The translations under genes were made by a program, and so were the position numbers. A stretch of DNA of 64,000 bases from an uncultured Chloroflexia bacterium (GTDB lineage Bacteria; Chloroflexota; Limnocylindria; Limnocylindrales; CSP1-4). The DNA lies in the NCBI GenBank assembly GCA_963768675.1, contig CAVYIV010000016.1:152150-216149 (forward strand). Reading direction: 5' to 3'. This document shows, in pieces, positions 19,844 through 32,047 of the stretch. The notes beneath the pieces were generated by a model, which saw only the letters and a list, made by a program, of their open reading frames with translations, did no database searches and was not told the origin of the DNA. Position 1 is the stretch's first letter. Every line of letters begins with the position of its first letter.

Positions 19844-22268
19844 TGGCGGAGGACGGGTCGACGGCGGCCTCCGCGTACGGCTACGTCGACGCGGAGACGC
19901 ACGAGTACGTCATCACCCGGCCGGACACGCCCACGCCCTGGCTGAACTACCTGGGGCAGGGCGGCTACGGCGGCATCATCTCGAACACCGGGGGTGGCTT
20001 CTTGTTCGACCACGACCCGCGCGACCGCCGCGCGACACGCTACCGCTACAACGCGATCCCGGCCGACCAGCCCGGGCGCTACGTGTACCTGCGGGACCAG
20101 GCGACCGGGCGCTTCTGGAGCCCGACCTGGCAGCCGGTCAAGGGGGACCTCGACGCCTACGAGTGCCGGCACGGGCCCGGCTACACGCGGATCCGGAGCG
20201 CGCTCGACGAGATCGAGTCTGAGCTCCGCTACTTCGTCCCGCCCGCGAATGCGGACGCGCCATGCCCGTGCGAGCTGTGGGTGCTCCGCGTGCGCAATGC
20301 GGGTCCGGCTCCGCGGCAGCTGCGCACGTTCTCGTACGCGGAGTTCGGGTACGTCGACAGCCTGAGCGACCAGCAAGACCTGGACTGGACGCAGCACATC
20401 GTCTCCAGCCGGCTGGAGGGGAACACCATCCTCGCCTCGACCCGGTTCCGCCCCACCACGACGTACTTCGGGGCCAGCGAGGTGCCGAGCGGCTGGACCG
20501 GCGACCGCGAGGACTTCGTGGGTCGCTGCCGCGACCTCGCGGCGCCCATCGTGGTGGAGACCGGCGACCCGACCAACGCGGGCGCACCGCGGGGCAATGC
20601 GATCGGCTCGCTGTGCCATGACCTCGAGCTCGCGCCGGGCGAGGAGCGCCAGCTCGTTTACGTGCTGGGCCTCACCGACGAGCCCGGGGCGATCGCCGCA
20701 ACGGTGGCCCGCTACGGCGATCCTGCGGCGGTCGAGGCCGCCTTCGACGAGCTGCGGACTGACTGGCGCGCATATCTGGGTCGGTTCAGCGTCACGACAC
20801 CCGATCCCGAGATGACCGAGATGCTGAACGTCTGGAACCAGGTCCAGTGCAGAACCACGCTCAACTGGTCGCGTTTCGTCTCCGGGCACGAGACGGGACT
20901 GGGACGCGGCATGGGAACGCGCGACTCGGCCCAGGACACGCTCGGGACGATGCACAGCCTGCCCGAGCAGGCGCGGCGGACGCTCACGCGTACGTGGACC
21001 CTGCAGTTCCGCGACGGCCACGCCTGGCACCAGCTCTTCCCGCTGTCCGGCCAGGGCGGCCCGGGACTCGCCGCGGAGTTCCCGAGCTGGCCGCAGTGGT
21101 TCTCCGACGACCACCTGTGGCTGGTCCTGGCCACCTGTGCGTACCTCCGCGAAACGGGTGATCTCGCCTACCTCGACCAGCGTGTCCCGTGGGCCGACAG
21201 GACCGACGGGAACGACCGGACGGACGAGACGGTCTGGGGGCACATGGTCCGGGCGATCGAGTTCACGCTCGCCAACCGCGGGCCGCACGGCCTTCCCCGC
21301 GCCGGGTTCGCCGACTGGGACGACACCCTCAACGTCGACCACGGGTCGGGCGAGGCGGAGAGCGTCTGGTGTGCGATGCAGTTCTGTCGGACCGTTCTCG
21401 ACCTCGCCGACCTCTGTCGCCACACCGGCCGGCGTGCCGAGGCGATGCGGTTCCGAGACCTTCACCGCGAGATGGCCGCACTCGTGAACGCGGTCGCCTG
21501 GGACGGCTCCTGGTACGGCCGCGCCTTCGACGACGACGGGCGGCCGATCGGGGTTGCGAGCGAGGAGCGGCATCGGATCAACCTGAACCCGCAGACCTGG
21601 GCGATCATCGGAGAGGTTGCGTCGCCGGAGCGTGCCGGACGAGCGCTCGAGGCGGTTCGCGAGCTCCTCGAGACACCGTTCGGGACGGCGATGCTGTGGC
21701 CCCCCTACGACGGAGGCGACGAGCGCGTGCGGGGCACCGCGACGTACCCGCCGGGAGCGAAGGAGAACGGCGGGGTCTTCTGCCATTCCAACACCTGGCT
21801 GATCATCGCCGCCGCAATGCTGGGCAGGGGCGATGACGCTTACCTCCACTACCGTCGGATCCTGCCGTTCACGCGGACCGACGCCGACGTCTACCGGGCG
21901 GAGCCCTACGTCTACTCGCAGAACATCTGCGGCCCGGCTCACACCCAGTTCGGCATGGCCCGCAACTCATGGCTGACGGGCACGGCGGCCTGGGCCTTCA
22001 TCGCGGCGACCCAATGGATCCTGGGAATCCGGCCGACCCTCGACGGCCTCCTCGTGGCCCCGACGATCCCGGCCGCGTGGCCCGGCTTCGAGGCGCGCCG
22101 CGAGTTTCGGGGCGTGGTGTACGACATCCGGGTTCGACGCGGCGGCCCGGGTCGACGGTCTTCCTCGTCGTGGACGGGAGGCCCACGCTGGGATCCGTCG
22201 TGCCATTGCCGCCGTCCGGCACCACCTCGGTCTCGGTCGAGGTCGTGCTTGGCGGGTGTTCGAAGTAG
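19843..22268 (+). pseudogene. GH94 phosphorylase paralog, frameshift near 22148
   Basis: MAEDGSTAASAYGYVDAETHEYVITRPDTPTPWLNYLG...PGAKENGGVFCHSNTW...AEPYVYSQNICG. ATG 19843 overlaps the stop of the upstream GH94 gene. The C-terminal beta-sandwich continues in ORF 21969..22268 (STVFLVVDGRPTLGSVVPLPPSGTTSVSVEVVLG-stop) after a G-run. Confidence 0.8.
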
Positions 22269-22280
22269 GCCCGCCGGGCG

Positions 22281-23492
22281 CTACCTCCGGGCGGCGTTCG
22301 CGGCGTGGCGCTCGACGAACCGCCCGATCCGAACGAGCGCCTCCTCGAGCTTCTCGTAGCTCGTCGCGTAGCACATCCGGACATGGCCGGCTCCCGAGGG
22401 ACCGAACGCGCTCCCCGGCACGGCCGCCACGTGCTCCTCGGTGATGAGCCGCTCCACGAAGGTCTCGTCGTCCAGGCCCGTGGAGGTGATCCGGGGAAAC
22501 GCGTAGAAGGCACCGCGCGGCTCGAACGTGGCGAGGCCGAGCGCGTTGAGGCCGTCGACGATGAGCCTCCGGCGCCGGTCGTACTCGGCGCGCATCGCCT
22601 CGACGTCCGCCTCGGCGGTGAGAAGCGCGCTGAGGGCCGCGTCCTGCGCCGTGGTCGGGGCCGACATGATCCCGTACTGGTGGACCTTGACGATGCCCTC
22701 GAGGATCGCCGCCGGGGCGCAGAGGTAGCCCACCCGCCAGCCCGTCATCGCGTACGCCTTGGAGAAGCCGCCCATGAGGATCGTGCGCTCGCGCATGCCG
22801 GGCAGCGCGCTCACGGCCCGGTGGCGATAGCCGCCGTAGGCGAGCCGGTCGTAGATCTCGTCCGAGTAGACGATCAGATCGTTCGCCACCGCGATCTGGG
22901 CCAGCTCGTCCCGGACGGCGTCTGGAAGGACCGCCCCCGTGGGGTTGCACGGAAAACCGAGGAAGAGTGCCTTCGTGCGCGGCGTCACCGCGGCGGCCAC
23001 GGCCCCCGGATCGAGCGCGAAGTCGTCCTCGAAGCGGGTTGCGACATGCCGGACCGTGCCACCCGCGAAGACCACCGCGGGGACGTAGGCGACGTACGAC
23101 GGCTCGTGGAGGATCACCTCGTCGCCCGGGTCGATCGTGGCTCGCAGGGCGAGATCGACCGCCTCCGACGCCCCGACCGTCACGAGGATCTCCGAGGCCG
23201 GGTCGTAGTGGACGCCGTAGCGGCGGGCGAGGTGGTCGGCGATGGCGACCCGCAGCTCGAGGATCCCGTAGTTGCTCGTGTAATGGGTCCGCTTGGCCCG
23301 CAGCGAGGCGACCCCTGCCTCGATAACCTGCGCGGGGGTCGCGAAGTCGGGCTCCCCCACCCCGAGGCTGATCACATCCTCCATCGTCGCGGCGATGTCG
23401 AAGAAGCGCCGGATGCCCGACGGGGGCACGGCCCGCACGCGCGCCGAGAGGGCACGCTCCGCCAGCGGGAGACGCGACGCGGAGACCGTCAT
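22281..23492 (-). CDS. pyridoxal-phosphate-dependent aminotransferase, class I/II
   Basis: MTVSASRLPLAERALSARVRAVPPSGIRRFFDIA...ISLGVGEPDFATP...GFSKAYAMTGWRVGY (PLP-lysine motif SKxxxMTGWRxG). ATG 23492 overlaps the gatA stop (ATGA). Confidence 0.85.
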   Translation of the reverse strand: MTVSASRLPLAERALSARVRAVPPSGIRRFFDIAATMEDVISLGVGEPDFATPAQVIEAGVASLRAKRTHYTSNYGILELRVAIADHLARRYGVHYDPASEILVTVGASEAVDLALRATIDPGDEVILHEPSYVAYVPAVVFAGGTVRHVATRFEDDFALDPGAVAAAVTPRTKALFLGFPCNPTGAVLPDAVRDELAQIAVANDLIVYSDEIYDRLAYGGYRHRAVSALPGMRERTILMGGFSKAYAMTGWRVGYLCAPAAILEGIVKVHQYGIMSAPTTAQDAALSALLTAEADVEAMRAEYDRRRRLIVDGLNALGLATFEPRGAFYAFPRITSTGLDDETFVERLITEEHVAAVPGSAFGPSGAGHVRMCYATSYEKLEEALVRIGRFVERHAANAARR

Positions 23493-25045
23493 GGAACGCC
23501 AACCTCCTGGCTGCGCAGGGCGGCAAGGCCGGCCGGCTCCAGGCCCCGCCACGCCGCATTCGCGGTGATCGCTTCAAAGCCCCGGGCCAGCCGGAGGAGC
23601 GCGAGCTCGCTCCAGGCGGGGCCGATCAGCTGGAGACCGACGGGGAGACCGTCGGAGAGTCCGGCCGGGATGCTGATCGCGGGCAGGCCGGCCATGTTCA
23701 CGGGCAGTGTGCACGCATCGGTGAGGTACATCGCGACGGGATCGTCGAGCTTGGCCCCCAGGGGCCAGGCGACGAGCGGGCTGGTCGGGGCGACGAGCGC
23801 GTCGGTCCCCGCCCCGAACACCGCGTCGAAGTCCGCCTTGATGAGCGTGCGGACCTTCTGGGCCTTCAGGTAGTAGGCGTCGTAGTAGCCCGCCGACAGG
23901 GCATACGTGCCGAGCATGATCCGGCGCTTCACCTCCGGCCCGAAGCCGGACCCGCGCGTCGCGAGGTAGTTGGCCAGCACGTCGCCACCCCGGACCGCGT
24001 GACCGAACCGGATCCCGTCGTAGCGGGCCAGGTTCGCCGAAGCCTCGGCCGGGGCGACGATGTAGTAGGCGGCCAGGCCGTACTCGGTGTGGGGGAGGCT
24101 GACGTCGACGACCTCGGCGCCCGCCGCCTCGAGCGCGGAGACCGCCCCGCGGACGCGGGCCTCCACACCGGCTTCCATGCCCGCCACGAAGTACTCGCGT
24201 GGCAGCCCTAGCCGGACGCCCCGGAGATGGCCCGCCGCCTCGTCGTCCGACGCCGGAAGGTGGAGCAGCTCCCCGGGGACCGGGAGCGGCGCCGATGTCG
24301 AGTCGCGCTCGTCGCGGCCGGCGATCGCGTGCAGGAGCATCGCCGCGTCGCGGGCATCGCGTGCCAGCGGCCCGACCTGGTCGAGCGACGAAGCGAAGGC
24401 GACGATCCCGTAGCGGCTGACCCGCCCGTACGTCGGCTTGAGGCCGACGATCCCGGTCATCGCCGCCGGCTGGCGGATGGAGCCGCCCGTGTCCGTGCCG
24501 ATCGCGAGCGGGACGTGGCCTGCCGCGACAGCCGCCGCGGATCCCCCGGAACTCCCGCCCGGGACCCTCCCGAGATCCCACGGGTTCGCCGTCGGGCCGT
24601 AGGCGGAATGCTCGGTGGACGACCCCATCGCGAACTCGTCCATGTTCAGCTTGCCGAGGATCACCGCGCCGGCGTCGCGGAGCCGCTCGGTGATGTGGGC
24701 GTCGTACGGGGAGACGTACCCGGCAAGGATGCGCGACCCGGCAGTGGCCTGGCCGCCGCGCACTGAGACGAGGTCCTTGAGCCCGACCGGCACCCCGCAC
24801 AGCGGGTGCAGCGCCGCAAGGGCGGGTTCGCCCTCCGCCCGGGCGGCCGTCAAGCGCGCGTCCGCACTGTCGGCGGCGGCGCGGGCGCCGGCGTCGTTGA
24901 TCATGAGCCACGCGTTGAGGGCGGGGTTCTCGCGCGCGGCGAGGGCGAGGTGCGCCTCCGTCAGCTCGCGCGACGAGAGGTCGCCGGCGCGGAGCCGCGC
25001 GCTCATCCCGGCGGCGGTCAGGCGGGTCAGCCCGGCATCCGGCAT
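23489..25045 (-). CDS. gatA: Asp-tRNA(Asn)/Glu-tRNA(Gln) amidotransferase subunit A
   Basis: Amidase signature GGSSGGSAAAVAAG...GTDTGGSIRQPA. Start MPDAGLTRLTAAGMSARL at ATG 25045. In the ORF track it appears fused to gatC (ORF 23489..25348) because of a frameshift in gatC. Confidence 0.9.
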   Translation of the reverse strand: MPDAGLTRLTAAGMSARLRAGDLSSRELTEAHLALAARENPALNAWLMINDAGARAAADSADARLTAARAEGEPALAALHPLCGVPVGLKDLVSVRGGQATAGSRILAGYVSPYDAHITERLRDAGAVILGKLNMDEFAMGSSTEHSAYGPTANPWDLGRVPGGSSGGSAAAVAAGHVPLAIGTDTGGSIRQPAAMTGIVGLKPTYGRVSRYGIVAFASSLDQVGPLARDARDAAMLLHAIAGRDERDSTSAPLPVPGELLHLPASDDEAAGHLRGVRLGLPREYFVAGMEAGVEARVRGAVSALEAAGAEVVDVSLPHTEYGLAAYYIVAPAEASANLARYDGIRFGHAVRGGDVLANYLATRGSGFGPEVKRRIMLGTYALSAGYYDAYYLKAQKVRTLIKADFDAVFGAGTDALVAPTSPLVAWPLGAKLDDPVAMYLTDACTLPVNMAGLPAISIPAGLSDGLPVGLQLIGPAWSELALLRLARGFEAITANAAWRGLEPAGLAALRSQEVGVP

Positions 25046-25052
25046 GGCCGTC

Positions 25053-25348
25053 TCAGTCGCCGCCGAGGATCGCGGGCACGACGATGGAGGCAGCGTCCCG
25101 CTCCGGCGCGTCGCGAGGACCTCGGCCCGTGGCAACGATGGGCGCGCCACGTCCTCGCGGAGGATGTTCTCCAGCTCGATGGTCTGTGCCGTGGGCGGGA
25201 TGGCGTCCGTGTCGAGCCGGGCCAGGATCGCGTACTGGTCGAGGATGTGGTTCAGCTCGATCTCGAGCCGGGCCAGCTCGTCGTCGGCAAGACCCAGCCG
25301 GGCGAGGTGTGCGACGTGCTCGACATCGCCGCGCGACAGGGTACCCAT
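25053..25348 (-). pseudogene. gatC: Asp-tRNA(Asn)/Glu-tRNA(Gln) amidotransferase subunit C, 1-nt deletion near 25111
   Basis: MGTLSRGDVEHVAHLARLGLADDELARLEIELNHILDQYAILARLDTDAIPPTAQ is classic GatC. The expected C-terminus NAPERDAASIVVPAILGGD-stop (ends at 25053) is in the adjacent frame. Restoring one A in GCGACGCG (to GCGAACGCG) reconnects it. Confidence 0.8.
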
Positions 25349-25407
25349 CGCGCCCGATGATAGCCGACCACGGGGCCCGGCCTGGGCGGGGACGGCAGGC
25401 GCATGAC

Positions 25408-27709
<2,302 letters not shown>

Positions 27710-30448
27710 TCAGCGGCCGATCGCCAGGTTCGCGATGCTCGCCAGAAGAGTCTTCACGCCACCCGAGCGGAAGGCGACGGTGACCTCCTCGTCGTCCCGG
27801 GTGAGCTTCGAGGTCACGACCACCCCGTCCCCGAATCGCGCGTGGACGACACGATCGCCATCGTGGAAGAGCCGCTCCCCCGGGACGCGGACGCGTGGCG
27901 CGCCGCCCTTCCTCCCGGCGGAAGGACCCGGGGCACCGGCGAGACGCCCGGCCCCGAGACCTGCCGGACGCGCCGGCTCCGTCCGTGCGGGCTCCTGGCG
28001 CACGGGCACGTCGTCGTCCGGGAAGGCTGCGTCGGGGTGATCCGGCGGTTCGGCGTCGTCGCCGCGCAGGCGGCGGCGCGCGGGCGCTGCGAGCGAGCCC
28101 GATGGCGCTCCCGCCGCGAACGCCTCCCGGCGCGCTGCGAGATCGCGGGACGGACGGAAGCCCTCCCCCGGGGCCGGGGCGCCGGGCCGGCCGCTGCCGG
28201 TGCGCCAGGCGCCGCCGGGTCGCGCGCCCAGGCGCGACGAGCGCCGCGCCCCGAACGCCAGTTCGAGGTCGTAAGGGTCCGCGGCGCCCGGGAGCAGTCG
28301 CGGGCCCTCCATGAGATCGGCGGGGATCTCGAAGAGGAAGCGCGATGGCATGGCGGGGCCTCCTGCCGGACCCCACGTGGCACGCCGCGAGGCGTGGGAG
28401 AGGAAGAGCCGCTCCTTGGCCCGCGTGATCCCGACGTAGGCGAGGCGGCGCTCCTCCTCCAGCTCGCGCGGGTCGTCCTGGTCGCGCTCCGCGGCGAGGG
28501 CGCGCGCATGCGGGAAGATCCCCTCCTCCAGGCCGCCGATAAAGACGGCGCCGAACTCGAGGCCCTTCGCCGCGTGGAGCGTGATGAGCGTGACCGCGTC
28601 CGCGTCGCCCTCGTAGCTGTCCTGGTCGGCGACGAGCGCCGTCTCCTCAAGGAGCCGATCCAGGGCATCGTCCGGTGCCAGGTCGTCGTAGCGGGTCGTC
28701 ACCGACCGAAGCTCCAGCAGGTTCCGCCAGCGCTCCTCGTTCTCCTCTGTGCCGTCGGCGAGCATCGCCCGGTAGCCCGAGGCCTCCAGGACGTCGTCGA
28801 GGAGCTCGGGCAGCGGCAGGAGCCCCACCCGGGACCGGAGCCGCCGGACGAGGGCGACGAAGTCGGCGACGGCGCTGCGGGCCCGCGGAGTCAGCACGCC
28901 CTGTCCGTCCGCGGCAGCCCGCTCCAGGGCGCTCCAGTGGGTTGCCTCGGGCACGTCGGCGGCGACCCGGATCACCTCGAGCGAGCGGTCGCCGAGACCG
29001 CGCGGCGGGAGGTTGATGACGCGCTCGAAGCTCACGCGGTCGCGGTCGCTGCGCAGGATCCGCAGGTAGGCCAGAGCATCCTTGACCTCGCGGCGCTGGT
29101 AGAAGCGCGTCCCGCCGATGAGCTGGTAGCGGATCCCGTACCGAAGGAAGGCTTCCTCGATCGCCCGGGACTGGGCATTCGTCCGGTAGAGGACCGCGAT
29201 GTCCTTCGGCCGGAACGCGGCGGCGTCATCGGCCCGTGCGGTCAGCGGCGACGCGCGCCCGCCGAGGAGCGCCTCGACCTGGCGGGCGATCCACTCCGCC
29301 TCCTCCTCCTCGTCGTAGGCCTCGAAGCGCTGGATCGGACGGCCCGCCGTCTTCTCCGTCCAGAGCTTCTTCTCCTTACGGCCGACGTTGTTGGCGACGA
29401 CGGCGTGCGCGGCCTCGAGGATCAGCTGGGTGCTCCGGTAGTTCCGCTCCAGCTTGACCACGGTGGCACCGGGCTCGTCGCGCTCGAAGTCGAGGATGTT
29501 GCGGAGGTCGGCGCCGCGCCAGGCGTAGATCGACTGGTCGTCGTCACCCACCACGCACAGGTTGTGGTGGGCGGCGGCGAGCGACCGGACGATCCGGTAC
29601 TGGGCCCGGTTCGTGTCCTGGTACTCGTCCACGTGGATGTAGCGCCAGCGCGCCTGGTAGCGGCCGAGCACGTCGGGCGCCGTCTCGAGGAGGCGCACCG
29701 TCGAGCCCAGCAGGTCGTCGAAGTCGAGGGCGCCGGCCGCCCGAAGACGGCGCTCGTAGGCGACGGCGACCCTGGCGACCTCCTCCTGGAAGTGCGTGGT
29801 GGCCATCTCCACGAGCGCGTCCGCTCCCTCGAGGTCGTTCTTCGCCCGCGAGAGTGCCTCGAGCACGCCACGCGGCCGGATCGGGCCGCCCTGGAGGGGA
29901 ACGTCGAGGTCCCGGAAGACCTGCTTCATGAGCGTCAGCTGGTCGTCCGTGTCGTAGATCACGAAGCGCGGGTCGAGCCCGATCGACGCTCCGTCCCGGC
30001 GCAGCATTCGCGCGCAGACCGCGTGGAAGGTGCCCATCTCCACCTTCCGGCCGTCGTCCGGGCCGACGAGCGCCACGATGCGCTCCCGCATCTCCGCGGC
30101 CGCCTTGTTGGTGAAGGTGACCGCAAGGATCCGCCACGGCACCACCCCTACGACCCCGATGAGATACGCGACCCGGTGGGCCACGACCCGGGTCTTGCCG
30201 CTCCCGGCCCCCGCGAGGATCAGGAGCGGCCCGTCCGTGGTCGTCACGGCGCGGGCCTGCTCGGGGTTCAGGCGCTCCGTGATCGCGGCGGCCAGCGCAT
30301 CGCGCGAGGCGATGCCCGTGGCAAGCCCGCGGTCGCGCTCCGGCGCGCGCGGGTCCGGGCCACCGGATCCCTGCGCTCCCTCGTCGTCGGGCGCGGGCGC
30401 GTCGGGCAAGGGCGGCTCGTCGGCCAGCCAGGGCGGAGGGGGTTCCAC
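27710..30448 (-). CDS. pcrA: ATP-dependent DNA helicase PcrA/UvrD family
   Basis: Intact 912 aa. LILAGAGSGKTRVVAHRVAYL (Walker A), YIHVDEYQDTN, VGDDDQSIYAWRGA, TLHAAKGLEFGAVFI and YVGITRAKERL are SF1 UvrD motifs, followed by a long low-complexity C-terminal extension ending in a Tudor-like tail. Confidence 0.9.
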   Translation of the reverse strand: MEPPPPWLADEPPLPDAPAPDDEGAQGSGGPDPRAPERDRGLATGIASRDALAAAITERLNPEQARAVTTTDGPLLILAGAGSGKTRVVAHRVAYLIGVVGVVPWRILAVTFTNKAAAEMRERIVALVGPDDGRKVEMGTFHAVCARMLRRDGASIGLDPRFVIYDTDDQLTLMKQVFRDLDVPLQGGPIRPRGVLEALSRAKNDLEGADALVEMATTHFQEEVARVAVAYERRLRAAGALDFDDLLGSTVRLLETAPDVLGRYQARWRYIHVDEYQDTNRAQYRIVRSLAAAHHNLCVVGDDDQSIYAWRGADLRNILDFERDEPGATVVKLERNYRSTQLILEAAHAVVANNVGRKEKKLWTEKTAGRPIQRFEAYDEEEEAEWIARQVEALLGGRASPLTARADDAAAFRPKDIAVLYRTNAQSRAIEEAFLRYGIRYQLIGGTRFYQRREVKDALAYLRILRSDRDRVSFERVINLPPRGLGDRSLEVIRVAADVPEATHWSALERAAADGQGVLTPRARSAVADFVALVRRLRSRVGLLPLPELLDDVLEASGYRAMLADGTEENEERWRNLLELRSVTTRYDDLAPDDALDRLLEETALVADQDSYEGDADAVTLITLHAAKGLEFGAVFIGGLEEGIFPHARALAAERDQDDPRELEEERRLAYVGITRAKERLFLSHASRRATWGPAGGPAMPSRFLFEIPADLMEGPRLLPGAADPYDLELAFGARRSSRLGARPGGAWRTGSGRPGAPAPGEGFRPSRDLAARREAFAAGAPSGSLAAPARRRLRGDDAEPPDHPDAAFPDDDVPVRQEPARTEPARPAGLGAGRLAGAPGPSAGRKGGAPRVRVPGERLFHDGDRVVHARFGDGVVVTSKLTRDDEEVTVAFRSGGVKTLLASIANLAIGR

Positions 30449-30547
30449 GCCTCGATTGTACGGCCGCGTCCCGCGCCGCCCGTCGACGTCCGGCGCACCG
30501 CCGGGCTCCCGGGACCGGCGCCGGCGCTGCGGCGATGGGCTTGCCGG

Positions 30548-32047
30548 TTACGCCCGCCGGGCCTTCGCCGCCACGTCGGCCGCCACCCCCGGCAGTGCGT
30601 CGAAGCCCGTTGGCCGGAGCGCGGCGGCGACCTGCCTGACGAGCTCGCCGGCGCGATCGGCATCCACGCTCGTCGGCGACGGCTGAGCGAGCAGGGCGTC
30701 GACCTGCGAACGGGCCCGGTCGAAGGCGTCGGCGCTGCCGGCTTCGAGCCAGGCGCGGAGCGACCCGCGATCCACGACGGCCGAAGGGAGGTGCTGCTCC
30801 TCGCGGAACCGGCGGCGCGTCTCGGGGAGCTCGAGGAAGCGCCCCGCGTAGCCAGCCTCGCGGATCGTGTCGAGCCCGAGCGACCCGTCCGGGAGCGCAA
30901 TGCCGCGCACGAGCCGGAGGGCGCTCGCGATCGCTTCGGCGTCGATCACCAGCTTCTCCGCGCTCTGGCAGCGCAGCGAATCGAGCATCCCGGCACCCGA
31001 GACGAGGTCAATCCCCGCCAGCGCCCCGACGAGCGCGGTCGTCGCGCTCTCGATGCCGGCCTGGGCATCGACCACCTTGGCATCGGTCGCACCCAGGTAG
31101 CCGTGCGTGGGCAGGCCGAGCGAACGCCCGACTGCCGCGTTGCCCGCATCGAGCATCGCCGTCTCGATGGCTCCCATCGGCGTGGCGCCGATCCGCATGT
31201 CGAGGATCGCCGGCGCCCCGCCCCACACGATCGGTGCGCCCGGGGCCGCCGCCTGGTGGATCACGATCCCGGCCAGGCACTCGGCCGCGTGCTGGACGAT
31301 GGAGCCGGCGAGGGCAACCGGCCCAGCACCGCCGGCAAGCGGCATCGACACCATCTGGGCCGGGACACCTGCGCGGGCGAGCCCGACGATGCAGCGCGAG
31401 GCAAACAATGTCCAGTCGAGGGGAGGCGACGGGCAGACGTCAAACACCGCCCGGGGCCGCGCGCGAAGCGCGTCCGTGCCGCCCGCGTCGAGCGCCAGCA
31501 GCTCGAGCATCGGCCCCAGCCCGTCCGCCGTAAACGCGCCGGTTACGACGGGCTTGTCTGAGCCGAGCAGCACGATCAGGAGCCGGTAGCGGTCACCCAG
31601 CTCGGCCGGGACGTCCGAGCAGACGACGGCCGTGGACTGTGCGGCGTAGACGGGAAGGCGCTCGGCGACCGCGACCAGCCGGGCGAGGTCGGCGGCCGTG
31701 GACGGCCGGTGCTCGCCCGTCGCCGGGTCGAGCACCGCCACGCCGCAGGAGCCCGGATCGAAGGCCACCTCGCCCGCGCCGTAGCGAACGGCCGGCGAGC
31801 CGTCGCGGGCGTGGAGCGAGAACGAGTGTGGGACGGTCGCAAGGGCCGCCTGCACGACGCGCTCCGGGATTCGGACGACGCCGTCGCGGACCTCGGCGCC
31901 AACGCCCTGGAGGAGCGCCCGCGCCTCCGGATCGGCCACCCGGACCCCCGGATCGCGAAGCACAGCAAGCGCCTCGTCGAGGATGCGCTCGATACCCGCC
32001 GGCTCGAGCAGGTCGAGCGTCGGGCGGCGTCCGGCCCGCCTGCTCAC
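30548..32047 (-). CDS. MttB-family (trimethylamine/quaternary-amine) corrinoid methyltransferase, non-Pyl, paralog 1
   Basis: From GTG 32047 (GTGA overlap with the upstream stop): LDLLEPAGIERILDEALAVLRDPGVRV...GGAPAILDMRIGATPMGAIE...DSLRCQSAEKLVIDAE. TIM-barrel MttB superfamily pattern with no internal stop. The N-terminal 520 codons of ORF 30548..33616 are shadow. Confidence 0.85.
   Translation of the reverse strand: MSRRAGRRPTLDLLEPAGIERILDEALAVLRDPGVRVADPEARALLQGVGAEVRDGVVRIPERVVQAALATVPHSFSLHARDGSPAVRYGAGEVAFDPGSCGVAVLDPATGEHRPSTAADLARLVAVAERLPVYAAQSTAVVCSDVPAELGDRYRLLIVLLGSDKPVVTGAFTADGLGPMLELLALDAGGTDALRARPRAVFDVCPSPPLDWTLFASRCIVGLARAGVPAQMVSMPLAGGAGPVALAGSIVQHAAECLAGIVIHQAAAPGAPIVWGGAPAILDMRIGATPMGAIETAMLDAGNAAVGRSLGLPTHGYLGATDAKVVDAQAGIESATTALVGALAGIDLVSGAGMLDSLRCQSAEKLVIDAEAIASALRLVRGIALPDGSLGLDTIREAGYAGRFLELPETRRRFREEQHLPSAVVDRGSLRAWLEAGSADAFDRARSQVDALLAQPSPTSVDADRAGELVRQVAAALRPTGFDALPGVAADVAAKARRA

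Noticed and set aside
23489-25348. A 619-aa GatC-GatA fusion protein, as suggested by ORF 23489..25348.
   Set aside because: The GatC C-terminus (NAPERDAASIVVPAILGGD-stop at 25053) is present in the adjacent frame, and a normal gatA ATG is at 25045. A single missing A near 25111 creates the read-through, so this is an artefact of the frameshift rather than a real fusion.
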